64,000 nucleotides of DNA from assembly GCA_965649765.1 (NCBI GenBank), contig OZ287760.1:29202001-29266000 (forward strand). Direction: 5' to 3'. Of this stretch, positions 14,301 through 27,500 are shown in pieces. Position numbers and translations under genes: made by a program. The number at the start of each line of letters is the position of its first letter. Position 1 is the stretch's first letter. The notes beneath the pieces are model-generated. The model did not search any database. It saw only the letters and a list, made by a program, of their open reading frames with translations, and was not told where the DNA came from. The stretch comes from Bispira polyomma. Taxonomy: Eukaryota.

Positions 14301-16262
14301 AAAAAGCAAGTAGTATCAGAAAACATCTTTAGACCCCTGAAGAAAGCCTCTGGCCGATAATACAAGAATTTACAGTACCCCTCCTTTGTTGTAAACAAAA
14401 GATATATATAAGTTTTTCTTTATAGGCATTCATAATATTCTCACGCTACAGGAGGGGATATATACCTCTCCTTCTACTAAACATGACACAATGACATGAA
14501 CATCTACCATAAACAATTCACTGTGTATGTATGTTCAAAACCAACATATGTTCTTGTATATATAGAACAATAAACTGTAAGCCACCAACCCCATCCTCCC
14601 CTCTTCTTTTTAAAAAGGGGTGAACAATGGAGTGAACTGTTTTAAATACCCCAGGCCAAATTATAATTTATCATGTACCCCCTTCAAAAATACCCCTAGA
14701 TGAAACATACATACCATATTGCAGTTTGCACAACCATTTGATGGACATAACACAAATTCTAAATCTATGGTTTTTTTAAATCTGTAAAAAAAATTCTTTA
14801 CCTTTTTAAGTTAGTAGTATAATGAATGAAGTTTGATGTTTATTTGTAATTACATTTTAAAAAGAAGAACCAGCGATATAATTTTTATGATATAGATATT
14901 GTGCATGTAGTAAGTAATTGAGGTATAGATGAAAATGTAAGCCTCTTTTGTGCAATACATCCAGGGACTAGCTAATCGTTTGGTGGGAGGGGGGTAAGGG
15001 GGTACAGTAATGTGGAATCATGGGTAGGGAATTTGCTTTAGCAAAAATGAGATAACTAAGGATATACATGCTGAACTCTTCTAGTATTACATTTCATTTT
15101 CAATAGAGAATATCCCACAAAAAAAGGCTCATATCGTAAATATGGGGTGACTAATGTTTCGTGATACCATGACATGAATCATGCGACAAATAGACAACAT
15201 ATATACTTGTTTACATACATATATATAAAACGATAACAGGAAGCTTGCATATATATACATTGCTTAGTTTAGTGTGAGTGTATGGGGGACAAAGTTAGTG
15301 TGACTTTGAAGAATAGATGATATCTTTCAGTATATTTGTCTAATTATGTCAATAACTCTGAAAGATAATCTTTCTTCCTTTGTGTGAATGTGTAGATTTG
15401 TTTTTTCTTGTTTAAGTTAATACATAACTTGGGTGTGTCTATGTAACTGTCTGTATAGTATAACTATGTAGTAGTATATATTATTATACATGTATTTGTT
15501 ACTTTTATTGTTGGACCCAGTGATATAAATAAGAGCATGTCACCCAAATTCCAGACTAAATATAATTGCAACATCAAACAAATGTTAAATAAAATTGCAG
15601 ATCAGTTGCATCTAGCACAATTTATTAATTTATAAACAAATGTTAAATAAAACTGTACATAATTTTTGTATCAAAAAGTGTTCCAATTTTAATTTTGGCT
15701 TTATTTCTTTTAGGTCAAGATCTGGTTCCAAAATAAGAGGTCTAAATTCAAGAAGATCATCAAACAGTCGGGCGGCACTGTGCCCCAGGCACCCGGATCG
15801 AACAGTCTCGGCGGGTTGGGTTCCCCTGACCCCCACTCTCCGGACTCTGCCAGTCCCGGGCCACACCAAGACGGTAGCAGCATGTTGCCTTCGATGAATG
15901 GGCAGCCAACAGGAGGAGGGGACGCAGGTTTGGAAAGCCCTCCCCCGCCCCATGGGACGGGGAGTCTAATGTCGTCACCTGAGATTAACGTGAACCACCT
16001 GGGTACGAACAGCAGCAATCAGTTGGGCGTTGGTCATTTGGGAGGCCATCACTTGCACTCAAGCATGGCCCTGCCCGTGTCGACGGCGGCCGGAGCAGGG
16101 GGTTGGGGCGAACTGCCCACAACGGGACAAAGTGTGAGTCACCACCACAACATGTACAATAGTCAGTATATGGCCCACCCCCAGGGACTCTCACAGCACT
16201 ACGGTTGGGGCTACGGGCCGCCGCAAGGGGGCATGGGTATGCAGCCACCTCTGCTGACATAG
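3210..16262 (+). CDS. Dlx: Distal-less/Dlx homeobox transcription factor, spliced CDS join(3210..3757,7323..7497,15714..16262), 1272 nt / 423 aa
   Basis: Spliced translation gives homeodomain [44 protein letters not shown]|[16 protein letters not shown], with the Dlx-diagnostic [26 protein letters not shown] and WFQNxRSK motifs. Both introns are GT-AG and phase-compatible (phase 2, then phase 0). The exons are GC/CpG-rich islands in AT-rich DNA. Confidence 0.97.
7323..7497 (+). CDS. Dlx: Dlx coding exon 2 (homeodomain residues 1-44)
   Basis: Acceptor ttccAG|C at 7322/7323. Translates (R)[58 protein letters not shown]. Donor CAG|GTAAGA at 7497/7498. Confidence 0.97.
7787..8048 (+). mobile_element. 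tRNA-derived SINE family A, full length, in Dlx intron 2
   Basis: A box TGGCCTAGTGG, B box GTTCGAATCC, conserved body GTGGTAGTTCCTTACTGTGGGCCGCTGG..., AATTCAAA/poly-A tail. Six other copies in the window. Flanked by a 98-bp direct repeat. Confidence 0.9.
13705..14050 (-). mobile_element. SINE family C (tRNA head, CORE-like central block), in Dlx intron 2
   Basis: Antisense CTT(A/G)GACAAGGTGCTTTACACAAAGTTGTCCCTCTCTACCCAGGTGTATAAATGGGTACCTGG block and GGAGCTGAGAC...CCCAGGCTGGGG, shared with four other copies. Confidence 0.8.
15714..16262 (+). CDS. Dlx: Dlx coding exon 3 (helix 3 and C-terminal tail)
   Basis: Acceptor tttctttTAG|GTC. Translates [23 protein letters not shown]..., in frame with ORF 15780..16262. 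C-terminal Trp motifs (GGWGE, YGWGY) and stop TAG at 16260-16262. Confidence 0.96.
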   Translation, partial: VKIWFQNKRSKFKKIIKQSGGTVPQAPGSNSLGGLGSPDPHSPDSASPGPHQDGSSMLPSMNGQPTGGGDAGLESPPPPHGTGSLMSSPEINVNHLGTNSSNQLGVGHLGGHHLHSSMALPVSTAAGAGGWGELPTTGQSVSHHHNMYNSQYMAHPQGLSQHYGWGYGPPQGGMGMQPPLLT

Positions 16263-16352
16263 GAGATCATTTTAGTTTTTTTTTTTTTTTAGTTTTTGTT
16301 TGTAGATTTCTAGAAAGCCTTCGACTGTATAGAGACAGTCTATATATATACG

Positions 16353-16385
<33 letters not shown>

Positions 16386-16844
16386 TATGTTAATGTCTAA
16401 ATATATCGGAAGAAACTGTAATTGATGTTGTTGTTGTTTTTAAGTTCACCATATTTGTTTTGGTTCTCTCTCCCACCTTTTCTATTATGTAGATGAAACA
16501 GCAGTTGTTTCTATTGTTTCAATATATATGTGTGTTTTTGGTGAGGTATTATTATATAGTGAAGAAAGAGAGACTCTTCTTTTTTTATCACCTCAGCAAG
16601 GAAAATCAAAAACATTAATGTTGTATCATAATTTAAAACGACGAAAGCAATATGACACAGTGGATTATTTCTTTACAGTGTAGTGTGTTTACTGTAGGCT
16701 TCTTTGTATATTGGCATTGAAGTATGTAATGACGTCATGAAGTCGAATCAAACTGTTGAAACAGCAGTCAGATACTTCATAAAAATTGTTTTTAAACATA
16801 TGATATGAAATCATATTTATTCTTACACCTCTGTTGATATGAGA

Positions 16845-17021
16845 GGGGCTGCAGCGGCTGTGGGTTTAGCATCCCAGTTGTTACTATATGCTGGAGAGTT
16901 TGTCTCGTTCTTGTCCTGAGTAATTGGTTTACACAGTGGCTTCAGCACTTGTTTTCTCACCATTTAAACCTGGACGTCGTAATATGACCTAAACTGTTAA
17001 AAACCCAACTAAATTTGAATT
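16845..17021 (+). mobile_element. SINE family B (older tRNA-derived family), in the putative Dlx 3'UTR
   Basis: Matches the family-B consensus ...GTTTGTC...GGTTTACACAGTGGCTTCAGCACT...ATATGACCTAA...CCCAACTAAATT, which recurs about 20 or more times in the window. Confidence 0.75.
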
Positions 17022-17393
17022 CTAACACCTAAGTTGACATGAGGGTTTTCTTCTTTTTTTTTGCATACAGTGTTCTAATGTGCCAAGACATCAATAATTG
17101 TTTTCAATGAATAATCACAATACCAATATACATGGCAATATATAAAATGTAATGACATGGTTTTTGTATATCATCTTATGTAATAGCATATATTTTTAAT
17201 ATGTGTGTGTATGTATCTACATTTATAGTGCTCAAATATATAAATACATCTGGCAGTAGATCACGTGAACAGTTAATATTAAACTGTTTGATCACTATTG
17301 CACAAAGTACAAAGTTTAAGGTCATAGGTGACACAAATGTCTAGTGCCGCAAAGTTCTTTAGTTCTATATGTCATATATCTTGATGTGTAAAC

Positions 17394-17399
17394 AATAAA
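17394..17399 (+). terminator. Candidate proximal polyadenylation signal of Dlx (AATAAA)
   Basis: AATAAA after ~1.1 kb of AU-rich 3'UTR-like sequence. Confidence 0.45.
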
Positions 17400-18858
17400 A
17401 TGTAAATTTTGTAAAAAAAAGAAGTGGTCTATCTCCGATCTACAAATGTCCATCTGCAATCACTTAAAATTTATCCACATGGACTTGTAAAGTGTTGCAA
17501 GGATCTAATCTTATCAATGCAATGGTATCAATGATAACCTTAGGGTGTTTCATGACCAAGTCAGTTTTGACTGAGTTCTTGAGGGATACTGTTTTCTATG
17601 AATTGCATGCATTTCTTTACAACACTTTTCACCGACAGACAACCATCTAGATTGTGTAGTCTCAAATGGCCTAGTGGTTAGGGAGTTGATCTGATGATCA
17701 AAGGGTCACCGGATTGACTCCCTGTAAATGTTGCAAAATGGTCACGAGGGCGGTGATATATCCTTGGACATGATGTGGACATGCCAATTGCCTTTTTAAT
17801 GATGGTCAATGATATGTTATATAGGACTATATCTCTGCTTTTAGAAGCAACTACCTTTTGAAGATGCATGGTGATCAATGTGTCACTACATCTAAAATGC
17901 TTTAAATATGTTTTAGCTATATGGCAGTACCTTACCAAATGGTAACATAACTTGTTTACTATGTGTTATCCAGTGTATGTGCAATATGAATTATTTTAAT
18001 ATTTATTTTTTTCTTACTATTGGCTTTCTGTCTCTGTGTGTGTATTTAATATGTCTCATTCACTATGATATCAAAGTAAAAACTCTTTACACAATATTTA
18101 ATGGCATATGGTTCAACTGCGAGGGATATATTAATGATTTCCTTTCAAGGATTTCAGTCTCAAATTGAGAACACTTTGTCCATTTTATGATCACACACTT
18201 TTATACATAAAAGAGAAAAAACAAACTTCTCAAGCTCTCAATAATAATTGAGACTGTGAAAAAGCTTTGTTTGGTAAATACATTAAAAAACAGAAACATA
18301 GCTGTGGCTGAATTCTTAGGATTCACTGGACAGGTCAAGGCCATATTGAAAGTAGGTCGTCCTACTATCAACAAAATTTTAGGCATTCAGTGTTATCCTT
18401 AATGGCTGTACCCTGTCAAGTGAATTCTAAAACTGTTCCACAATTACTATTATTACATATTGTTTTGTATGGTTATATATATATCCGCGTTTTTCATTGT
18501 TTTCACAAGGCTAAGACTATAATTTTGTGCATTAAACACAAACTCTACAAAATGGCACCCACTCTATGATATTGACTAAAATATAAGGGTGGATTTTTTA
18601 TTATTTCAAAATAGAAAATCCCCCGATGCTTTTTTTTATGGTATTTGTTGCTATAAACTTGTTTACATATTGCGATTTAATTATTACTCAAAATGTGTAG
18701 ATCATTGTTTTGTAACAAAGTTTTAGTATCTTATATAATTATTATAGGCAAACATTCATTTGTTTCATTTTCGCCTTTCATTAGTTTCATTTCGTCTGTT
18801 TCATTTTTTTCACAGTTTCGTTTTTTCGTTTTGTAAATTGTATGGTATGTCTTTGTTT

Positions 18859-18905
18859 AAATAAATTTCTATTTCTGAAAACTATACCCTGTGTACAAAA
18901 AAATA

Positions 18906-18946
<41 letters not shown>

Positions 18947-18989
18947 ATTGTATTGTTATTGCTATTAAATCAAAAACAAACAAAATAAA
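18859..18989 (+). terminator. Candidate distal polyadenylation signals (AATAAA 18859 and 18984, ATTAAA ~18965)
   Basis: Cluster of hexamers after U-rich/TGTA-rich sequence, followed by a GT-rich tract at ~19015-19035. Confidence 0.4.
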
Positions 18990-19019
18990 TTCTTTGTGAA
19001 AAACCAAGTCTTTTAATTG

Positions 19020-19240
19020 TGTGTATGTGTGTGTAGGTTTATAGTCTGATATCACCTATATTGAGGTCTCAGGCGACTTTACAGTTTACACTCTCAGCAT
19101 GGGTTCTCAGCTCTCTCAGCAAGCATGCTGGCCATGCAGCCACATATGGGACACAAGACTAACACCCATTAGCAGCCAGCTTCCCATTAAAACATATTGA
19201 TAAAGAGGGACAACTTTGTGTAAAGCACCTTGTCACAGGG
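19020..19240 (-). mobile_element. SINE family C, 5'-truncated
   Basis: Aligns to the 13705-14050 copy including its tail. Confidence 0.75.
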
Positions 19241-19366
19241 AACATTCAAGATAAATCCAGGTGATGTTCACTCAATAAGATCCTATTTGCTTTCTCAAAC
19301 AAATCTTCTGTTTCACCTTTGACACCAAACTATTAACCTTTGTGGTTCTCTTTAGAAAATATTCTA

Positions 19367-19555
19367 GGGACACGGTGGCCTAGTGGTTAAAAGTGCTTGC
19401 TTGACAATCACTGGTCTCTCACCAATGTAGGTTCGATTCTTGTTTGTTCCTTCATATAGGAAAGTTTGGTATGTGCCATAGGTGGATGGTTTCAGCCCTT
19501 CATGGTATGACCTAAGCTCTTGCAGGCGACATAAACCCAACTAAATTCAAATTCA
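19367..19555 (+). mobile_element. SINE family B
   Basis: GGTGGCCTAGTGGTT head, GGAAAGTTTG core, ATGACCTAAGC...CCCAACTAAATTCAAA tail. Confidence 0.75.
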
Positions 19556-22500
19556 TAATCAAATTCCACTAAGAAATCTGTCCATCACAATATGACTATA
19601 TATATCAACAGATTAAATTGAAATAATTTTTATTAAGTAATTGCATTATTAATGCATGCAACATATGTCTAAGTTGTTTGGTGGTGTCGTGATAACATGT
19701 TGCTCCAAACCTAACACGTGTGTGGTAAGCTCGCGGTTCACTTGCTGAATGCTGGCAGTTTGCAGTTGAAGAACTCTCAGAGCAACTACCCCTAGTTCCC
19801 CTAGTATCCACCAATACACCGCTCGCCCATTGCAATATAAAAAATACATAGTTGCTTAAAGCAAATATTATAACCTCATAGTAAATTGAAACCTCGTGGA
19901 TCATCATCGTACAGTGCCCTGCAAATGTCTCTCACTTTTACACAAATCTTTCAAGCACAAAAATTATGTCACTCCATTTAGCAAATCCTTTGGTGCCTAC
20001 ATTTGTATTTATTTTCTTCATGATATTTTTTGTTATGTATTTAAAGTTTGTACTATGGGGAGAAGACATTAATTATGCATCAAGTAGGTTGTCAAAAAGT
20101 GAACTTTTAATAGCTACCTGTAGTGATAGGTGCTTCAGAAAAGATGACAGTTGTAAAACAACTTGTGTGTGTAAGGGTGTGTTCAGTCTATGGCAATGTT
20201 TCTGTTCTGGTTTTTTTAATAGAATTTCAATTTTTATACAATAGTAGACATACCCAACAAAAAAACTAGACACAGCAGCAAATGCTAATTAAATAAATAA
20301 TGCATTGACATAGATATAACCTCCTCTTCCTTATATGGCCATATGCTGCTATAAGTCACAATCTAATAAAAAAAAACACGACTATATTGCAACAGTATTA
20401 TCTTGCGCCGTCCCCCATAATTAATTGTCATACACAGGAGTGCTAATTCATCAAATTAGGGTCAAAGTTGGCAAAACAAGACTCCATCCATCAACTTCAA
20501 ATTTCAAACATTTAAATGGGTTTATTGAATTAATTGCTGCATGTTGGGCAAAGTCACAGTCAAGGGGGGGGGGGATGAGAAACAATCTTGGAGGGAGATT
20601 TTGTTGTGCGGAGGAATAAAGTAAAGAATGGAGGGGGGGGGGGGTGAAATATGATAGTTTAAATCAATGATGAATGATTGTCAAGAAAGACAAGAAAAAA
20701 AAAACTACATGTTTGTATACAATAGTAGTTATAATGTGGGGAGGAGGAGGCGTAAATAGATGTGGAATTATATGGTATACGTGTATATATATATTAAAAA
20801 AAATATGTCTTATTGGTATAATGCGAAACATGTATGAAAATGCGGGGGAACTCGTTGAGTAAAAATTCAAAAGCCCTCTTTTGACATGGACAAATTACAG
20901 GCACCCTGACATGGATTGCATTTTTTTTAGTTCATGCTTTGCTTGTCTAGGTGTAGGGGTTGGGTATCTGTAAGAGGCAAAATCTTCTATTATTATTAAG
21001 ATACATTTTTAATGCACTTTATTGATTCTGGGCATCTTTTAAAGGGCAACAACAACAGAATCAGTAAGATAATTGTATAGTCCATGGACACAGCAAGGTA
21101 GTCAGGAAAAAATGTGGGGGTGTACAGGAGGGAACTTAAGACAAAGCTAAAAAGATAGGTTTTAAGTTTGTTCCGAAGACCATTAAGTGTTCCTGGTGAT
21201 CTTAGGTTAACTGGGAGACTGTTAAAATACCAAGGGGGCTGCGATAGAGAAAGCTCTGGATCCAGCCTTCCTTCTGGGTCTAACAGAAGAAACAGAAAGT
21301 CTGTTACCTCACTTCGGGTTACTGAAAGAGAGAAGGAAATTGGGTTAGTATCTAGTGTATATATGCACTAAATATAGTGACTTGTGATGAGATGTGGTTT
21401 GTTACAGTAAGACATTTTATTGTTTGGGGAGGGGTGGGTGGTGCTTGGTGATGTCATATTAACACACTCGCCTTTCACCTTTGCAATTGTGACTTTGCAA
21501 ATCTCGGTGCTGGCTGGTATGTATGTGAGAAAGATGGCAGTAGACTTGCTGAAGACCGATGCTTTTCAGAGCAGAGCCAACCTTGAACAACTACCTAATT
21601 GCTCTGATTTCCTCCACCAGTGAACTGCACCGCGTAAGATGACACAACAAGGTGAAACACAAACTAAAGTATCTAGTGGGTATAAAAATGGACACTTTGA
21701 GAGACATATGTATATAAAGATGTGAAAATGTAAAATTATTAATTATACTTTCAACTCAATGTTGTCAGTTAGCGGTCATTTGTTACTCTCGGAACCTGTG
21801 TCTGAAGGCAAGCAGTCGGCACCCCAGAAATATTGTTCCTTGCAATAGGAGAAATTTGTCGGAATGCCAGAAGAAGTCTGTGGTGTGTGCTTTAGTTCAA
21901 TTGCCAGCGATAATTTTCTTTTGGTGTCGAAAAGGTTAATTGTTGGATCATTTTTGGTGCTAATAAGTAATTAAAGATGATTTGTAGTTCCCAATCTGGT
22001 AAGATTCTATTACTGTAAAGTATCAAAGGCTCATGATGAAATATATAATGTATAAATCTGCACTTAAGAATATATCGTTTATGCATGTACATATATAAAT
22101 ATATATTTTTTTACACACATAAATGCTAGCATTGTGTATACAGGTAAATTTATTTTAAATTCATTCAGGAAATTTAAAAAAAATTATTACAGAATATCTC
22201 ATATCTTAGCTATATACTCTACACAAGCTGTATATTTCTCAATTATATAATAGTTTAGTTTAACAGACAGCCAGATAGATTTCTTTTTTAGGACCTAAGG
22301 TGTCAATATCAACAGAAACTTCAAGCTGCGTCTCTGAAAACCAAGCCAATCAAGATATACATTGCATTGACATAGTTGGTGACTTCAATGACAAGTGAAT
22401 CTAAAGGTAAATTAAATTGGAATGTCACTCTTTATTCAGATGTTTGATGTTTGAGGAGGACTTTTGACAGAAATTGTTTTATTGTCTGACTTCAATTCTA

Positions 22501-23737
22501 CAAACCATAAAAATTGTTGAGGTTTCAAAGAGAAAGAGAATATTTACTAAAACACACTCTGTTAGAGTTTGGCTATAAAAAAACTATAATTTTACTGGGT
22601 TGCTTCCTTTAAAATTCGGTTTTATTAAAACAGATAAAAGTTATTCGATTTTGCAAATTAAAAGGGAATCTGGTAACTTAGGTTAAGTGAAGTAGCACAA
22701 AATTCCTAAGTGTATATACATCATACAGTGCATCAAAACAATGATGCACACTTGTAAAAGGTCAAATCACTGAAGCCTTGGTATCAAAACACATGGATAG
22801 GGTGTATTTTGGTGACCCATGTAACCCAGGACAAGATGTTAAAACACTGTGCAAAACTTAATAACTATCAAATGCTTGATGTGTATCACTAAATTGATCC
22901 AAAACATATATCCCTATTTATTGTATCAGTATTATTAACACTGTTTTGCTGATGTATAAACACTAATATTTTGAATACTTTTAGGTTGTAACACGAATGT
23001 TAACGACTAAACTTCAAAGTGTCAAATATCTGGATGTATGTAGTTGTTATAGTATCTAGGATGGGAATAGTTGCAATCAGATTGGAAATTGGCTTGGAAT
23101 TTATAAACTCCAATATCTGAAATTCTTGTCGTGTTAGAGCAAAATCAAACTAAACCACACTGCGGATCTATATTAAACTAGTACATGTATTACGTACTTG
23201 GTGTGGTTGGAAAATTGTACCAAAATATGTCTTCGTTTTCCAACTAAATATAGATTCAAAGTTACTGTAGCCTTCTCTTTTCCAAACGAGATTTAAAAAG
23301 TTACTGGTCTTATCAACCTGGCACACTAGTTTGTGTGGGTGTTTATTAGCATGAAATAAAAATGAAGATGTATCTGACAACAAACAAATTGAAATACACT
23401 TCACCAGTGAATTTGGGGGAGAGAGAAGTGAAATAAGTAAGTACTTGAACTGTACAAAAGGCCCTTTCCTTTAGTGATAAGTGTTCACTCCTTCACCCCT
23501 TCAATCTTTACACAGTGAGGGGTGCTATTTTCAACCACCCCCACCCCTCACTTTTGATTTGATGAATTACACCCTGCTATATATAACCAGGCAGGAAAAC
23601 TCAGAAAAGAAAAGCAAGTGCCTTTTATGCCAAACCAAAAAACAATAAATGGAAGAAAAAAAAGATATACAGTTGAATGATGATTCAGTATATATGGGTA
23701 AGACTACTTGAGAAATATTTTACAACAAGCATTGAAA

Positions 23738-23768
<31 letters not shown>

Positions 23769-24274
23769 ATATAAATATTGAAGAAACAAGAAAAGTTTGG
23801 AGAATAATCTCATTTTAAGCTATGCTATATAGAATATGGATGATATTTAGGAAGTAGAATATGTGGTTAAACCTCTTTTCACTTGTGTTCCCCCATTACA
23901 CATATCTCCTCACATTAACAGTTCACCTTCTGAAATATGTAAATAAACAAATGTACCATATATCTCTATATACATGCACACACACTCAATTCCCCTTTGG
24001 TAAAGATGTTAGGGGTTCATCTATTCCAACTGATTTCCCCCAATGATAGGCCCAGTAATCGGTGAGCGACTGCAAGGCACCACTACCCCAGCAGGGGGTG
24101 TGCCCTGGTTTGTATGCAAAAGGTAGGTTGGGGTAGGGGGGTGACTTGGCTAGGGGGGGTTTAGAAAAAGAGGAGGGGGTTGAGGTACTGTAAAAGATGA
24201 AATTTTTGCTGGAAGAAAATTTCACACATTAATCTATGGGTTATTAAAAATTTAAATTTCCGCTGTCAATTTTA

Positions 24275-24510
24275 GAAGTTAGAATTTAGTGGCGTGTTTT
24301 ACGTCGCTTCAACAGCATAGGTCATATATTGCGACGGTCGGAGGGTGGAAGAAAACCAGTGCTTAAAGCCACTGTGTAAACTACCGACCCTATGGCAAGT
24401 ACCTGACCAACTTTCCCCACATATATAAACAAACACAGGATTCAAGCACACACCTTGGGTGATAGGCCAGTGATTGTGAAGCAGGCTTTTCTAACCACTG
24501 GGCCACCATC
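24275..24510 (-). mobile_element. SINE family B
   Basis: Antisense match to the family-B head, core and tail. Confidence 0.75.
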
Positions 24511-27500
24511 CACCATGTCCCCCTTACACTCCTATGAGTTTAGTATAGTATGCAGGGTGGGTTTTATTTACTTTTTAGTTCAATATCTCTTTTACTACAT
24601 TGCAATAGACAGTGCAGTGGTAAATTCGAAAAGCAGTATGCGTTGTGTTGGTGTTAAGGTTTTGTGCGCTGCCAAAAACGCTACATTTAGTAAAATACTA
24701 CTGCAAACTCTCCCGTGTTCATGTTGTGGGCCAGAATTGAACTGAAATTGCAGAGGTAAGGGACAAGAGTGTTACCTCTTAAACACTGCGGCCCCTAAAT
24801 TATCACTAAATTTATATTTTCATTATATTTAAGATTAGTAGTGGAAAAAACAGCTAAAAATTAAACACCTAGTGGAAATTTCCACTTGTACAGTAGTAAA
24901 CAGGGGAGGAGGGGGCATGTCTCTTTCTTTCTTTTGTGTCCCGCCCCCCCCCTCTTTTTACCCCCCAAAAACCTTGTCAACCCTGTAGAAGAGCTTTGTC
25001 AGAATTCACTGAAGCACTGGACAAGAATGGCAGTGGCAGTTCAAACAGAGTGCTCTTGTCTGCCAAGTTTGATGGGGGAGGGGTGGTCTAGGTGTTTGGC
25101 TGTATGGTTGGCAGGATGTCTGGGTATAACCCCTTGCACCACCATACCAAAAACCAAAGATGTCAAAATCTGGTCTTGACTGCTGAAAAACAGGACAGTA
25201 TGCCAGTAGTCATATTTTCTCACAGATATCTCTTAAAAAACTCAACTTAGGCCCCAAAAGCTCCACCTTTTTATAGTTATCTTCCTTTTGTCATATGACT
25301 GACTGCAGGGAAAAGAATGTACATCAAATATATGACTGTGTAGAGCTGAATTCAGTAGTGATAGCTCTATTGAACTGAATGGTTGCAAGTGCAGGTAACA
25401 TCCACATACAGGAGTTGAACACTATGTCATATGACCTTCACTTCACAGGTTTTAAGTGTGAGCATAAACTAGGGTTTTGTTTTTTTGATAATAAAAAGGT
25501 GTCCTTGAATTCACTTTTTACTAAAATTAGACATTGGACTCTTTATTATATATCAATTTTAAAGATATGCTAAAACCATGTGCCACTCTTTACAGATATA
25601 AGTATAGTAAAAATTTTGCTTATATTTATACTCAATGAGGGTTGTTAGTTATTATTTCCATCATCCCAACAAAGGATCTTTTTTGCGATATACACAAAGC
25701 ATTTGATACTGTTTTTATTTTATTTTTTCACAGTATTTTATCATATTATCTTGAGTAAATCTTTTTACAATGCAGTTTACGTGGATGTACCTAAAGTCAC
25801 CAACAACACATATAAACTTGTGCCAGAAGTTATATCAATAGACTTTAAAGGTCCTTCGATGAGTACTTTTGTAACCTAGCATTTACAGACACATTATATG
25901 CTAATATATGTAGTTAATTTTGTTTATTATGCTTGGCAAAGGTTTAGAATCCACACACTGTTGATGCCTTCTGGTGATTAACAGTGTAAATTTTGAATGA
26001 CCTGCTGTGATCTAGTGCTTATAAGCATCGGCTTTAATATAACTGGCCTCTCACATATCGATAAAAAATTATAACTCCCGTTTTATGTTTGGGAAATTGT
26101 TGTGAGTAGGTAGTTTTTAGTAGGGACAGTACTTATTTTCCTCCACCAATACATATCTGGCAATCACAACATGGCCAAAGATATGTCGAAAGTGATGTAA
26201 AGTCCAAGTCCATCCATAATATAAATGGACTAGTATGCATGGCTTTAATTAGTTAGCATACATTTAAATCACCTATTAGGAGTACATGTTACAGAGGGAA
26301 AGATATGCTCATACTGTCTGGTGTCATACCGAGTTATAACCTGCATCGTTATATATGTTGTCCTTGGTATATACTTTTATAAGTGTCTTGCATATCTCAG
26401 GAAGGATTCTAATATTCCAAAAGGTTCACTATCAGCCTTAAACATATCCAAAGCAGAGGCAGAGCAATAAAACAACGACTGTGGTAAAAGCTGATCGTTG
26501 TTGTTTTTTTTTTTGTAATCTTTTAATACAGTGACGTAACACACTCGTCTTTCACCTCTGCAATAGTGGTTTTTGAATCCCTGCCCTCTGCAGGGGATGT
26601 ATGTGGGAAAGGTGGTAGTAACATACTGGAGGCTGTTGGCTTGTGGAGGCAGAATACCTTGTCAAACAAAACCGCTTTCTGTGATTTCATCCACCAGTGA
26701 AACTGCCCATCCAATTATGACACACAAAGATGCGGAAAGTGCTGTTGAAACACAAATAAGCCAAATTAAATTTAATATAGTCAAGTTAATTAAAATATTA
26801 ATACCCAAGACTTTGCCCAAGATAGTAAGCTACCCAGTTTGGAGCATTTGACACCATTTAACCAAAAAAATCTTTTCCCACTCTACTCAAGGGCCCTTTT
26901 CCCGAGCCTTTCTACCCTGTCTATTTTATATATATATGTGTGTGTATGTACATTGTCAAACAGACACAACACAATAGCTAGAGTTGCCAACCCTTGAACT
27001 TAGGATCTGTGTCTCTACTTTATATCTAACTGTACCAAAAAGTAATAAAAGTAATTAAGCATGACAATTTACCCCCACTTAAAAGTGGTGCTCTTGTTTG
27101 GTGGGGGGAGGACAAAGTGTGCATTAATTTTGCACCATTACACCCAATATTGTGGTCTGTGCCTCTCTGTCAGTAGGAAGTTTTCATCCCCAAGCTTCCT
27201 TCTTAAAGCACAACCTCCCCTTTAAAACATTGGCTGAATTGATGTTCTTTTTAGTAGCCTTTCATGGGCGTCTGATATTGAAACACTAATAGAATAGATT
27301 TTTGTAATATCTGCACACTGTTACAGGAATTTGGAAATCTTATTGGTAATTGGAATTTTTGTTAGTAAAATTCCTATCAATTCCTTTTCCGACAAAAAAA
27401 AATCTCCAAAAATCAAATACTGTGTACTAGTTGGCGGGCAATTTTGTAATGAAGACAATGGGCGGAAGCTCGAATGTTGTGTAGGTGTGTGACCTACATA

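Noticed and set aside
15630-16260. Several antisense and alternate-frame ORFs over Dlx exon 3
   Set aside because: Shadows of a GC-rich coding exon.
24978-25005. ACCCTGTAGAA resembling the 5' end of miR-10
   Set aside because: Only 10-11 nt match and no complementary star arm or hairpin.
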